A DNA stretch of 34,169 bases from a virus (taxonomy: Duplodnaviria; Caudoviricetes). Made by a program: the position numbers and the translations under genes. Positions 7,061 through 15,606 of this stretch are shown in pieces (the first letter of the stretch is position 1; each line of letters opens with the position of its first letter). The DNA is taken from IMG/VR virus record IMGVR_UViG_3300046167_000225, positions 1 to 34,169 of that record. One strand, 5' to 3'. The notes under the pieces are model-generated. The model searched no databases. It was not told the origin of the DNA and was given only the letters and a program-made list of their open reading frames with translations.

Positions 7061-7469
7061 TGACTCTATAGACTCTGAAGTCTCTAAAGACGACGTTAAA
7101 CCAAAGAAGCGGCGTGGTCGACCGCCTAAAGCCCTTGTTGAACAAAAGAAGAAGGGTAACAGAGGTCAAGTAGGGCGTCCTAAAGGTGACGCTTCAGCCA
7201 TTGAAGAGTACAAAGCTAGAATGCTTGCTAGCCCTAAGAGTAGGGAGGTCATGGATAGCATATTCAATGCTGCGTTAAACGATGACCACAAGAATCAATC
7301 AGCAGCGTGGAAGTTGATTGTTGATAGAATAATGCCTCTTAGCTACTTTGAGAAGGATAAGCTCAGTAATGGCAGAGCAGCCGTTAGCATCACGATTAAC
7401 GGCATAGACACAAATGAGCCAATAACGATTGGTGAGACTCTCGATGGAGACACAGACGATGACGTTTAA
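7050..7469 (+). CDS. terminase small subunit (putative)
   Basis: RGRP/GRPKG DNA-binding motifs, helical middle region, position upstream of TerL. Confidence 0.7.
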   Translation: MSNNDSIDSEVSKDDVKPKKRRGRPPKALVEQKKKGNRGQVGRPKGDASAIEEYKARMLASPKSREVMDSIFNAALNDDHKNQSAAWKLIVDRIMPLSYFEKDKLSNGRAAVSITINGIDTNEPITIGETLDGDTDDDV

Positions 7470-7806
7470 GTATTTTACGTTAGACGAGTTTGCTTGTAAG
7501 CACACTGGCGAGAACAAGATAGTTCCTGCGTTTGTGCGTAGGCTAGATAAGCTAAGAGCAGCCTGTGGCTTCCCATTTGTTATCACCAGTGGCTATCGTG
7601 ACCCGTCACACCCTGCAGAGGCTCGTAAGTCCAAGGGCGGGATACATACGCAAGGCATGGCTGCTGACATTGCCGTCAGTAACGGTATAGAGCGTGCTAC
7701 GATCATCCGTAACGCCATTGACTTAGGCTTTAACGGCATTGGTGTCGCTAAAGGCTTTGTACACGTTGACACAAGAGACTTGCCACAAGTTGTGTGGACA
7801 TACTAA
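7459..7806 (+). CDS. peptidase M15-family endolysin
   Basis: YFTLDEFACK, ITSGYR, H-x6-D (HTQGMAAD) and FVHVD Zn ligands; start MTFKYF after GGAG. Confidence 0.88.
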   Translation: MTFKYFTLDEFACKHTGENKIVPAFVRRLDKLRAACGFPFVITSGYRDPSHPAEARKSKGGIHTQGMAADIAVSNGIERATIIRNAIDLGFNGIGVAKGFVHVDTRDLPQVVWTY

Positions 7807-9066
7807 ATGTCTGCAACGCAAGACCTACAGATCAACCTGCTTCCTTGGCAGCAAGAAGTGTGGACAGACGAGTCACGCTTCAAAGTGGTGGCTGCAGGGC
7901 GTCGTACAGGTAAGACAAGGCTAGCGGCGTCATTGCTGCTTGTGAAGGCTTTATCGTCTAAGAACGGTAAAGTCTTTTACGTTGCGCCTACGCAAGGTCA
8001 GGCAAGGGATGTTATATGGGATATGCTGTTAGAGATGGGGCAGGGCGTTATAGCCAACAGCCACGTCAACAATCTAACACTGAAGCTGATTAACGGCTCT
8101 AGCATATCGCTGAAGGGAAGTGACAGACCAGAGACTATGCGTGGTGTTAGCTTACGCTACGTAGTCTTGGACGAGTTTGCAGACTTTAAGCCTGAGGTGT
8201 GGGAGTTGATCCTACGTCCTGCGTTGTCAGACTTAAAAGGTGAGGCGTTGTTCATTGGTACGCCGATGGGACGTAACCACTTCTACGACCTGTACACTGA
8301 AGCATCGTTAGGCAAGTTAGAGGACTATAATGCGTGGCACTTCACAAGCTACGACAACCCTCTAATTGACCCTACAGAGATAGACAGCGCTAAACGTACG
8401 TTGTCGTCTTATGCGTTCAGACAAGAGTTTATGGCGTCCTTTGAGGCGCGTGGCTCTGAGATGTTCAAGGAAGAGTGGGTTCAGTTTGACGAAGATGAGC
8501 CTGACATTGGTGACTACTACATCGCCTGTGACTTGGCAGGCTTTGAAGAGTTGGGCAAGAAGAGCAACAAAAGACTCGATAACAGCTCTATAGCCATTGT
8601 TAAAGTCAGCGAACACGGGTGGTGGGTTAAAGAGATAATCATTGGTCGTTGGACGCTAGACGAGACTGCAGCACGCATCTTTGACGCCGTCACAGAGCAT
8701 TATCCCATTGCTGTAGGCATTGAGAAGGGCATTAGCAGACAAGCTGTTATGTCGCCTCTGACAGACCTGATGAAGCGCTTTAACAAGTATTTTAGAGTAG
8801 AAGAGCTAACACACGGCAACAGAAAGAAGACCGATAGAATCATGTGGGCGCTGCAGGGCAGGTTTGAGAATGGCTACATTACGTTAAACAAGGGCGACTG
8901 GAATGTCCAATTCATGGACGAGTTGTTTCAGTTTCCCAACCATTTAGTGCATGACGACACAGTTGACTCACTGGCCTACATAGACCAGTTAGCTAATGTA
9001 GCTTACGATTGGGGCTACATTGAAGAAGACTACGAAGAATCCTTAGACAACTACGCAGGATATTAG
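7807..9066 (+). CDS. terminase large subunit
   Basis: Walker A AAGRRTGKT, Walker B VVLDE, GTP motif, nuclease CDLA and HDDTVDSLAY. Confidence 0.95.
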   Translation: MSATQDLQINLLPWQQEVWTDESRFKVVAAGRRTGKTRLAASLLLVKALSSKNGKVFYVAPTQGQARDVIWDMLLEMGQGVIANSHVNNLTLKLINGSSISLKGSDRPETMRGVSLRYVVLDEFADFKPEVWELILRPALSDLKGEALFIGTPMGRNHFYDLYTEASLGKLEDYNAWHFTSYDNPLIDPTEIDSAKRTLSSYAFRQEFMASFEARGSEMFKEEWVQFDEDEPDIGDYYIACDLAGFEELGKKSNKRLDNSSIAIVKVSEHGWWVKEIIIGRWTLDETAARIFDAVTEHYPIAVGIEKGISRQAVMSPLTDLMKRFNKYFRVEELTHGNRKKTDRIMWALQGRFENGYITLNKGDWNVQFMDELFQFPNHLVHDDTVDSLAYIDQLANVAYDWGYIEEDYEESLDNYAGY

Positions 9067-9067
9067 C

Positions 9068-11032
9068 ATGGAAGATTACAACGAAGACAGCGTCAGGTTT
9101 ATTGAAGAAGACCTAGAAAACTGGGTTATCAACAAAGTTGACAACTGGCGTGAGTTCTTTGAAACCAACTACGACGAGAAGTTTGATGAATATTATCGTA
9201 TGTGGCGTGGCATCTGGTCTGACGACGACAAGACTCGTGAGAGCGAGAGAAGCAAGATTGTCTCCCCTGCCCTACTCCAAGCTGTAGAGTCCTCTGTAGC
9301 TGACGTTGAAGAGGCTACGTTTGGGCGTGGTAAGTTCTTTGACATCCAAGACGACATGGGCGACACAGACCGCTCTGACGTGCGTTTCCTACGTGAGGCG
9401 CTGTCACAAGAGTTTACTAAGAACAAGATTAGGAAGGCTGTAGGTGAGTGTCTCATCAACGCTGCTGTGTACGGCACAGGCATTGGCGAGATAGTGCTTG
9501 AGAAGAAGAAAGAGATGGTTCCGGCTACAGAGCCTGTGATGGACGGTGCTATGACTGCCGTGGGCGTTAACGTCCGTGACCGCACTGTTGTCAAGCTACG
9601 CCCTATCCAACCCCACAACTTCCTCATTGACCCTGTAGCAACAGACATTGAGAGTGCTGTAGGTGTCGCTATTGACGAGTTTGTGTCAACGCACCTTGTA
9701 GAGCAGCTGCAGGAAGAAGGTGTTTACAAGAAGGGCTACATTGGTCGTGCAGCGCCTGATCTAGACCTAGAGCCTGACGAAGAGCTGTGGCAGCAGCCTG
9801 AAGAGAAAGTAAGGCTGACTAAATACTACGGCCTTGTGCCGCGTCACTTGCTAGAGACAGCGTTTGACGAAGAAGAAGACGAGATGGTCAACTTTGATAG
9901 TGACGTTGACGATGAAGGTAGGGACAGCTACTACGTAGAGGCTATCGTTGTTATTGCTAACGGCGGTACGCTACTGAAGGCTGAGGCATCACCTTACATG
10001 ATGTCTGACCGCCCTGTAGTGGCTTTTCCGTGGGATGTAGTGCCTAGCCGCTTCTGGGGCATGGGCGTGTGTGAGAAGGGCTTTAACAGCCAAAAGGCGC
10101 TCGATGCTGAGCTACGCGCTCGTATTGACGCTCTAGCCCTCACTGTACACCCAATGCTCGCTATGGACGCGACACGAATGCCTAGAGGCACTAAGCCTGA
10201 GGTGAAGGCAGGCAAGCTACTGTTGACCAATGGCAACCCTGCAGAGGTCATACAGCCCTTCAACTTTGGACAGGTTAGTCAGATAACGTTTGCACAGGCT
10301 GACTCCCTACAGCGCATGGTACAGGCCGCTACGGGCAGTGTTGACACAGCACAGCAGGCTATGAACGGCGGTGGTACAACGTCTGCAGGTAGCTCTATGA
10401 GCTTAGGCGGCATCATCAAGCGTCAGAAGCGCACGCTAGTGAACTTCCAAGAGTCGTTCCTGATGCCTTTCATTGAGAAGGCTGCGTGGCGTTATATGCA
10501 GTTTGAGCCTGAGTTGTTCCCTGTTAACGACTATAAGTTTGTTGCTACAAGCACACTGGGCATTGTTGCTCGTGAGTACGAAGTGGCTCAGCTAGTACAG
10601 CTGCTACAGACTATGCCGCAAGACAGCCCTGTATACCCTGTCATCATGCAGGCAGTCATTGACAACATGAACATCACTAACCGTGAAGACTTGATTGAGA
10701 CAATGATACAGGCTCAGCAGCCTAACCCTGAACAGCAGCAGATGCAGCAGGCGTTGGCAGAGGAAGACAGAGCCTTTAAGAACAGCCAGACAGCGGCTCT
10801 GAACGCTCAGGCAGCGGAGTCTAACGCTAGGGCGCAGAAGATCGCTCTAGAGGCTAGAGGCGTCCCTGTAGAGCTTGAGACGGCGCGTATTAAGGCTGTA
10901 GCGTCATCCCAAACAGCTTCTGAGAGTGATAAAGACTTTGAGAAGCGTATGAAACTAGCCAACCTTGCTCTTGATGAGAAGAAACTAGGACTAGAAGTAG
11001 CAAAGGAGAACTTTAGAAATGGTCAGCAATAA
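9068..11032 (+). CDS. portal protein
   Basis: 654 aa directly after TerL; GTGIG motif and Q-rich coiled C-terminus typical of P22-like portals. Confidence 0.88.
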   Translation: MEDYNEDSVRFIEEDLENWVINKVDNWREFFETNYDEKFDEYYRMWRGIWSDDDKTRESERSKIVSPALLQAVESSVADVEEATFGRGKFFDIQDDMGDTDRSDVRFLREALSQEFTKNKIRKAVGECLINAAVYGTGIGEIVLEKKKEMVPATEPVMDGAMTAVGVNVRDRTVVKLRPIQPHNFLIDPVATDIESAVGVAIDEFVSTHLVEQLQEEGVYKKGYIGRAAPDLDLEPDEELWQQPEEKVRLTKYYGLVPRHLLETAFDEEEDEMVNFDSDVDDEGRDSYYVEAIVVIANGGTLLKAEASPYMMSDRPVVAFPWDVVPSRFWGMGVCEKGFNSQKALDAELRARIDALALTVHPMLAMDATRMPRGTKPEVKAGKLLLTNGNPAEVIQPFNFGQVSQITFAQADSLQRMVQAATGSVDTAQQAMNGGGTTSAGSSMSLGGIIKRQKRTLVNFQESFLMPFIEKAAWRYMQFEPELFPVNDYKFVATSTLGIVAREYEVAQLVQLLQTMPQDSPVYPVIMQAVIDNMNITNREDLIETMIQAQQPNPEQQQMQQALAEEDRAFKNSQTAALNAQAAESNARAQKIALEARGVPVELETARIKAVASSQTASESDKDFEKRMKLANLALDEKKLGLEVAKENFRNGQQ

Positions 11033-11159
11033 AGAGTTGGAAAGCGTGGTAGAGCAGATCAATGTTGCCTACGCACGCCTAGAGAAGCGTCTTGCAGCAC
11101 TGGAGACAGCCCTAGAGGCTGCTGCAACGCCTAAGACAAAAACCTCAAAAAAGGCTTGA
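11019..11159 (+). CDS. 46-aa coiled-coil protein
   Basis: Not in track. MVSNKELESVVEQINVAYARLEKRLAALETALEAAATPKTKTSKKA*; RBS AAGGAG. Confidence 0.65.
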   Translation: MVSNKELESVVEQINVAYARLEKRLAALETALEAAATPKTKTSKKA

Positions 11160-11184
11160 CATTTCTTCTGTTTTGTGTTATAGT
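11156..11184 (+). promoter_or_regulatory. sigma70-type promoter for scaffold/capsid genes
   Basis: TTGACA-17 bp-TATAGT with extended TGn. Confidence 0.8.
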
Positions 11185-11189
11185 CCGGC

Positions 11190-11218
11190 GCTATAGCACA
11201 TATGCCATAAGAAGTCAA
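11190..11218 (-). promoter_or_regulatory. candidate antisense sigma70-type promoter
   Basis: Minus strand TTGACT-17 bp-TATAGC with extended TGn; mirror image of the plus promoter. Confidence 0.5.
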
Positions 11219-11247
11219 GCATTATTGTCCTAAGGAGGATAAACAAT

Positions 11248-11493
11248 ATGAATGAGGCAGATATACAACACTATGAGCAGATTCAAGAGATGCTGCTTAC
11301 AGAAGGTTGGAAGAACGTAGAGAAAGAATTAACTACGTTGACAGATGCAATAGAGGGCATTGAGTCTGTAAAGGACGCCAATGAACTCTATTACAAGAAG
11401 GGACAGCTGAACATAGCTAGGCTAATCCTCAATCTACCCCACACAGTAGATTCAGCCTTGGAAGTCCTGAAAGAGGAGTCGCAAGATGCCTAG
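11248..11493 (+). CDS. conserved-type small head-module protein
   Basis: 81 aa with GW and YxKGQ motifs between portal and scaffold; RBS AGGAGG. Confidence 0.8.
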   Translation: MNEADIQHYEQIQEMLLTEGWKNVEKELTTLTDAIEGIESVKDANELYYKKGQLNIARLILNLPHTVDSALEVLKEESQDA

Positions 11494-11723
11494 GCGGATA
11501 TATGAGTTTGTCTGCCCAGACCAACACGTCACGGAGCGCTTCATTGACGAAGAGGTACGGGAAACAGATTGCTCTACTTGCGACAAAGACAGCGTCTAGG
11601 ATGATTAGTGCTGTTCAGTGTACTTTAGATCCGCTATCGGGTGATTGGCCCGGAGCGACTATGAAGTGGGCTAAGAACAGACAAGATCAGATTAAACGCG
11701 AACGCAGTAAGGAGAACTCGTAA
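11486..11723 (+). CDS. FmdB-like zinc-ribbon protein (apparent +1 insertion at 11585-11587)
   Basis: MPRRIYEFVCPDQH..DCSTCDK; removing one A joins it to TASRMISAVQCTLDPLSGDWPGATMKW. Confidence 0.7.
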
Positions 11724-11775
11724 GAGCCTTACATGACCATCAATCTCCATAATGATTTAATCACGGAGTTTAATA

Positions 11776-12547
11776 ATGGCTACACTGATAGACATTGAAG
11801 AAACTGGACGACAGGAAGACGAAGACAACACAGTAGAAGAGTTGGACACAGTAGACTCGCAAGAGCAACCTACTGAAGAAGACATCCCAGACAAGTACAG
11901 AGGCAAAAGCGCCTTCTGACCTTGTCCGAATGCACCAAGAGGCTGAGCGTATGCTTGGTCGACAGAGCGGGGAAGTGGGAGAGCTGCGGAAGGTTGTTGA
12001 CGAATTCGTAATGTCGCAATCCACCAAGAAAGAAGAAACTGTAGACGAGGAGGTTGATTACTTCTCTGACCCTGAAAAGGCAATACAGCAAGCAATAGAG
12101 AAACACCCTGCTGTCCAAGAGGCTCAAAAGGCGTCGATGGACATGAAGAAGTCGTCTGCTCAGGCAATGCTCAAAGAAAAGCATCCTGACATGGCTGACA
12201 TACTCACTGACGAGAAGTTTGTTAGTTGGGTGCAGGAGAGTCAATTTAGGACTAATCTATTGCAACAAGCTGATAGGAACTTTGACTACGCTGCAGCTGA
12301 TGAGATATTCAGCCTGTGGAAAGACCGTCAGAGCCTTATTGGTCAAACTGTAAACGCTGAGAAGTCTAGTAGAAACGCAGCTGTTAAGTCTGCTTCTACA
12401 GGCGGTGCTTCTGGCACTTCAGAGTCAAGTAGTAAGAAAATCTTCCGACGTGCAGACATTATTAAGCTAATGAAGAACGACCCTGACCGTTACTCAGCTA
12501 TGTCTAATGAGATTATGCTTGCGTATCAAGAGGGGCGTGTCAAATGA
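11776..12547 (+). CDS. capsid scaffolding protein (apparent +1 insertion near 11913)
   Basis: MATLIDIEE..IPDKYRGKSA joins SDLVRMHQEAERMLGRQSGEVGELRK after removing one base; acidic and helical, ends AYQEGRVK just before the capsid gene. Confidence 0.82.
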
Positions 12548-12571
12548 TTATTTAACTAAGGAAGAAATAAG

Positions 12572-13531
12572 ATGGCTCTAACTAAATCAGTATACCCCGC
12601 ACAAGGCGGTGCAGTAACTAACACAACTGCGGCAACGTTCATCCCAGAAATTTGGAGTGACGAAGTCCGCGCTCAGTACGAGAAAAGCCTTGTACTTGCC
12701 AACCTAGTCAAGAAGATGGGCATGACTGGCAAGAAAGGCGATACTATCAACATTCCTGCACCTGTACGTGGCACTGCTACGGCTAAGGCGTCAGGCACTG
12801 CTGTTAGCATCCAGAGCGACACTGAGGGTAACGTACCTGTACTCATCGACAAGCACTTTGAGTATTCACGTCTGATCGAAGACATCACTGAAGTACAGGC
12901 GCTAACTAGCCTTCGTCAGTTCTACACTGCCGATGCAGGTTATGCACTTGCTCGTCAGGTTGACTCTGATCTGCACGCGCTTGGTAAGGAAGTTGGTAAC
13001 GAAGCTAGCTCTTACGTTAACGACAACTCTTACTACATCGACGCATCAACTGGCTTGACTGCCTATGCTGCGGACACAGTGACAGCTTCTGACGTATTCA
13101 CTGACGCGGGTTTCCGTGCTTTGATTCAGAAGATGGACGACGCTGACGTACCTTTCGACAATCGTGCGTTTGTTATTCCTCCTTCACTGCGTAACGCTAT
13201 CATGGGCATTGACCGCTATGTATCTTCTGACTTCGTAAGTGGTCAGCCTGTACAGAACGGTCTGATTGGTAACCTGTACGGTATTGACGTATACGTCTCT
13301 ACTAACTGCGCTACCTCAGAAGCTGCGGGTGACAACACAGCAAACAGCAACGACCTTAAAGCTGCACTGCTTATGCACAAAGACACGTTCGTGTTGGCAG
13401 AGCAAATGGGTGTTCGTTCGCAGACACAGTACAAGCAAGAGTTCCTTGCTAACCTGTACACTGCAGATCAGCTCTACGGCGTAAAGACTTTGCGTCCTGA
13501 GTCAGGCTTCGTACTTAACGTTAATGCCTAA
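12572..13531 (+). CDS. major capsid protein
   Basis: 319 aa; FIPEIWS, KGDTINIP, GNLYGIDVYVS and LYGVKTLRPE patterns; follows the scaffold and precedes a terminator. Confidence 0.92.
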   Translation: MALTKSVYPAQGGAVTNTTAATFIPEIWSDEVRAQYEKSLVLANLVKKMGMTGKKGDTINIPAPVRGTATAKASGTAVSIQSDTEGNVPVLIDKHFEYSRLIEDITEVQALTSLRQFYTADAGYALARQVDSDLHALGKEVGNEASSYVNDNSYYIDASTGLTAYAADTVTASDVFTDAGFRALIQKMDDADVPFDNRAFVIPPSLRNAIMGIDRYVSSDFVSGQPVQNGLIGNLYGIDVYVSTNCATSEAAGDNTANSNDLKAALLMHKDTFVLAEQMGVRSQTQYKQEFLANLYTADQLYGVKTLRPESGFVLNVNA

Positions 13532-13539
13532 ATAGGAGT

Positions 13540-13582
13540 GGGGAGGCAGTGCTGCTAGTCGGTGCTGTCTCTCCTTTTCTTT
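13540..13582 (+). terminator. intrinsic terminator after capsid gene
   Basis: 15-bp G:U-rich stem GGGGAGGCAGTGCTG/CGGTGCTGTCTCTCC followed by TTTTCTTT. Confidence 0.7.
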
Positions 13583-13864
13583 ATGAGTAAAAAAGACCCA
13601 AAATTATCTAAAGTAGGCGTTAGTGGGTATAACAAGCCCAAACGTACACCTAACCATCCTACAAAGAGTCACGTAGTTGTTGCTAAAGAAGGCGACAAAG
13701 TCAAAACTATTAGGTTTGGTCAACAAGGCGTATCAGGTGCAGGCAAAAGCCCTAAGACACCTGCAGAGAAAGCACGCCGCAAGTCATTCAAAGCAAGACA
13801 CGCTAAAAACATATCAAAAGGTAAAATGTCAGCTGCTTACTGGGCTAATAAAGTAAAGTGGTAA
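13583..13864 (+). CDS. small basic conserved-type phage protein
   Basis: MSKKDPK..HVVVAK..IRFGQQG..RKSFKARH..SAAYWANKVKW; 93 aa, K/R-rich. Confidence 0.8.
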   Translation: MSKKDPKLSKVGVSGYNKPKRTPNHPTKSHVVVAKEGDKVKTIRFGQQGVSGAGKSPKTPAEKARRKSFKARHAKNISKGKMSAAYWANKVKW

Positions 13865-13880
13865 CTAACAGGAATTTAAC

Positions 13881-15603
13881 ATGACAGTCATAGTAACCAA
13901 GAACAGCTCTACAGCCTCCGCAGTCCCAACTACAAGTGACTTGGTTCAAGGCGAACTCGCTGTCAACGTCACAGACAAACGCATCTTTACAGAGAATGCG
14001 TCTACACAGATTGTAGAGTTGGGTACTAACCCTTCAACTATTACTACAACCACAGCTACCGTTACCGGAACTCTAACCGCTAACGGTACTTTTGCATCTA
14101 GCAATGCAGTTCTGACAGGCGGCTCAATTAACGGTGTCGTCATTGGCGGCTCTACACCCTTAGCCATTACAGGCACAACAGTCACAGCTAACACAGGCTT
14201 TGTTGGTGGGCTGACGGGTAACGTCACAGGTAACGTAACAGGAAACGTCACAGGCAACGTCACAGGCGACCTGACAGGCGATGTTACAGGTAATCTCACA
14301 GCTTCCACGGGTACGACTACAGTCAACAACCTTGTGGTTAATGGCACTGTAGACTTTACAGACACCAAGCTGACTAACATCTCTACGCCTACCGCAGACT
14401 CTGACGCGGCTAATAAGGCTTATGTAGACACCTCAGTTTCCAATGTTATTGCTGCTGCTCCTGCCGCACTAGACACTCTGAATGAGTTAGCTGCCTGCGC
14501 TAGGTGATGATGCTAACTTCTCTACCACCATGACTAACTCCCTCGCGGGTAAGTTACCGCTCGCGGGTGGCACGATGACGGGTGCTATTGAGATGGGTAC
14601 GTCTAAGATTACAGGTCTAGGCGATCCTACTGCTAATCAAGACGCAGCAACTAAGAACTATGTAGACACCCAAGACGCGACCAAGCTAAGCACCACAGGT
14701 GGGACAATGTCCGGTGCTATCGCGATGGGGACTAACAAGATTACCGGAGCAGGCGACCCTACAGCGGCTCAAGATGTAGCGACTAAAGCCTACACAGACT
14801 CTATCTTAGGCTCGGCTACAAGTGCAGCTGCATCGGCTACCGCTGCGGCTTCTAGTGCTAGTGCTGCTGCCACCTCAGAGTCTAACGCTTCCGGTTCTGC
14901 GACAACCGCTGCTAGTGAAGCTACTGCTGCTGCGGGTTCAGCTACTTCAGCCGCAACAAGCTACGATAACTTTGATGACCGCTATCTTGGGCAGAAATCT
15001 TCTGATCCTACGCTAGACAATGATGGTGATGCGCTTTTAACAGGAGCTTTGTATTTCAACACAACCTCTGATGCAATGAAAGTTTACTCCGGTTCTGCGT
15101 GGGTAGACGTAGCTCCTGTTGCAACCTCAGTTACCGCTTCTCAGATTAGTGACTATACAGGCACAGCGGCAGAGTTAAATTATAATGACATAACAACGCT
15201 TGGACTAACAGAAGCCTCTAAAACAGTCACAGCAGACGCTAATGGTGTAGTGACTTTTGATAACGGTATTTCTGAAGAGTACAATGCAGTAACGTCTACC
15301 TCTAATGCTACTACCTGTAATATGCAGGACGGTACTAACTTTAGTCATGTGCTGACAGAGAACACTACGTTTACTTTTAGCAACCCTGCGGCAAGTGGCA
15401 AAGTGTCTTCGTTTACTCTAAAGATTGTCCAAGATGCTAGTGCGTCAGGGTTTACCGTAACATGGCCTGCCGCTGTTGATTGGGCTGCTGCTACAGCTCC
15501 TACCTTAACTGCAACAGCTTCTGCGGTAGATTACTTTGTATTTATCACGCATGACGGTGGCACAACTTGGTATGGATTCACTGCCGGACAGGCAATGGGG
15601 TAA
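13881..15603 (+). CDS. tail fibre protein (one gene split by an apparent +1 insertion at 14494-14495)
   Basis: Removing one C restores the fibre motif APAALDTLNELAAALGDDANFSTT. Also GNVT repeats, repeated DAATKxYVD/GGTMTG units and an Ala/Ser-rich coil. Confidence 0.85.
14218..14298 (+). repeat. 12-nt coding tandem repeat (GNVT/GDLT)
   Basis: GGTAACGTCACA-like units encoding GNVTGNVTGNVTGNVTGDLTGDVTGNL. Confidence 0.8.
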
Positions 15604-15606
15604 TCA

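Noticed and set aside
11911-11920. RF2-like programmed +1 frameshift (TTC TGA C) in the scaffold gene
   Set aside because: Differs from CTT TGA C, the shifted codon would pair poorly, and four similar single-base insertions elsewhere favour sequence error.
13881-15603. Two separate tail genes as in the ORF track
   Set aside because: The break falls inside the LNELAAALGDD fibre motif and the second ORF lacks an RBS.
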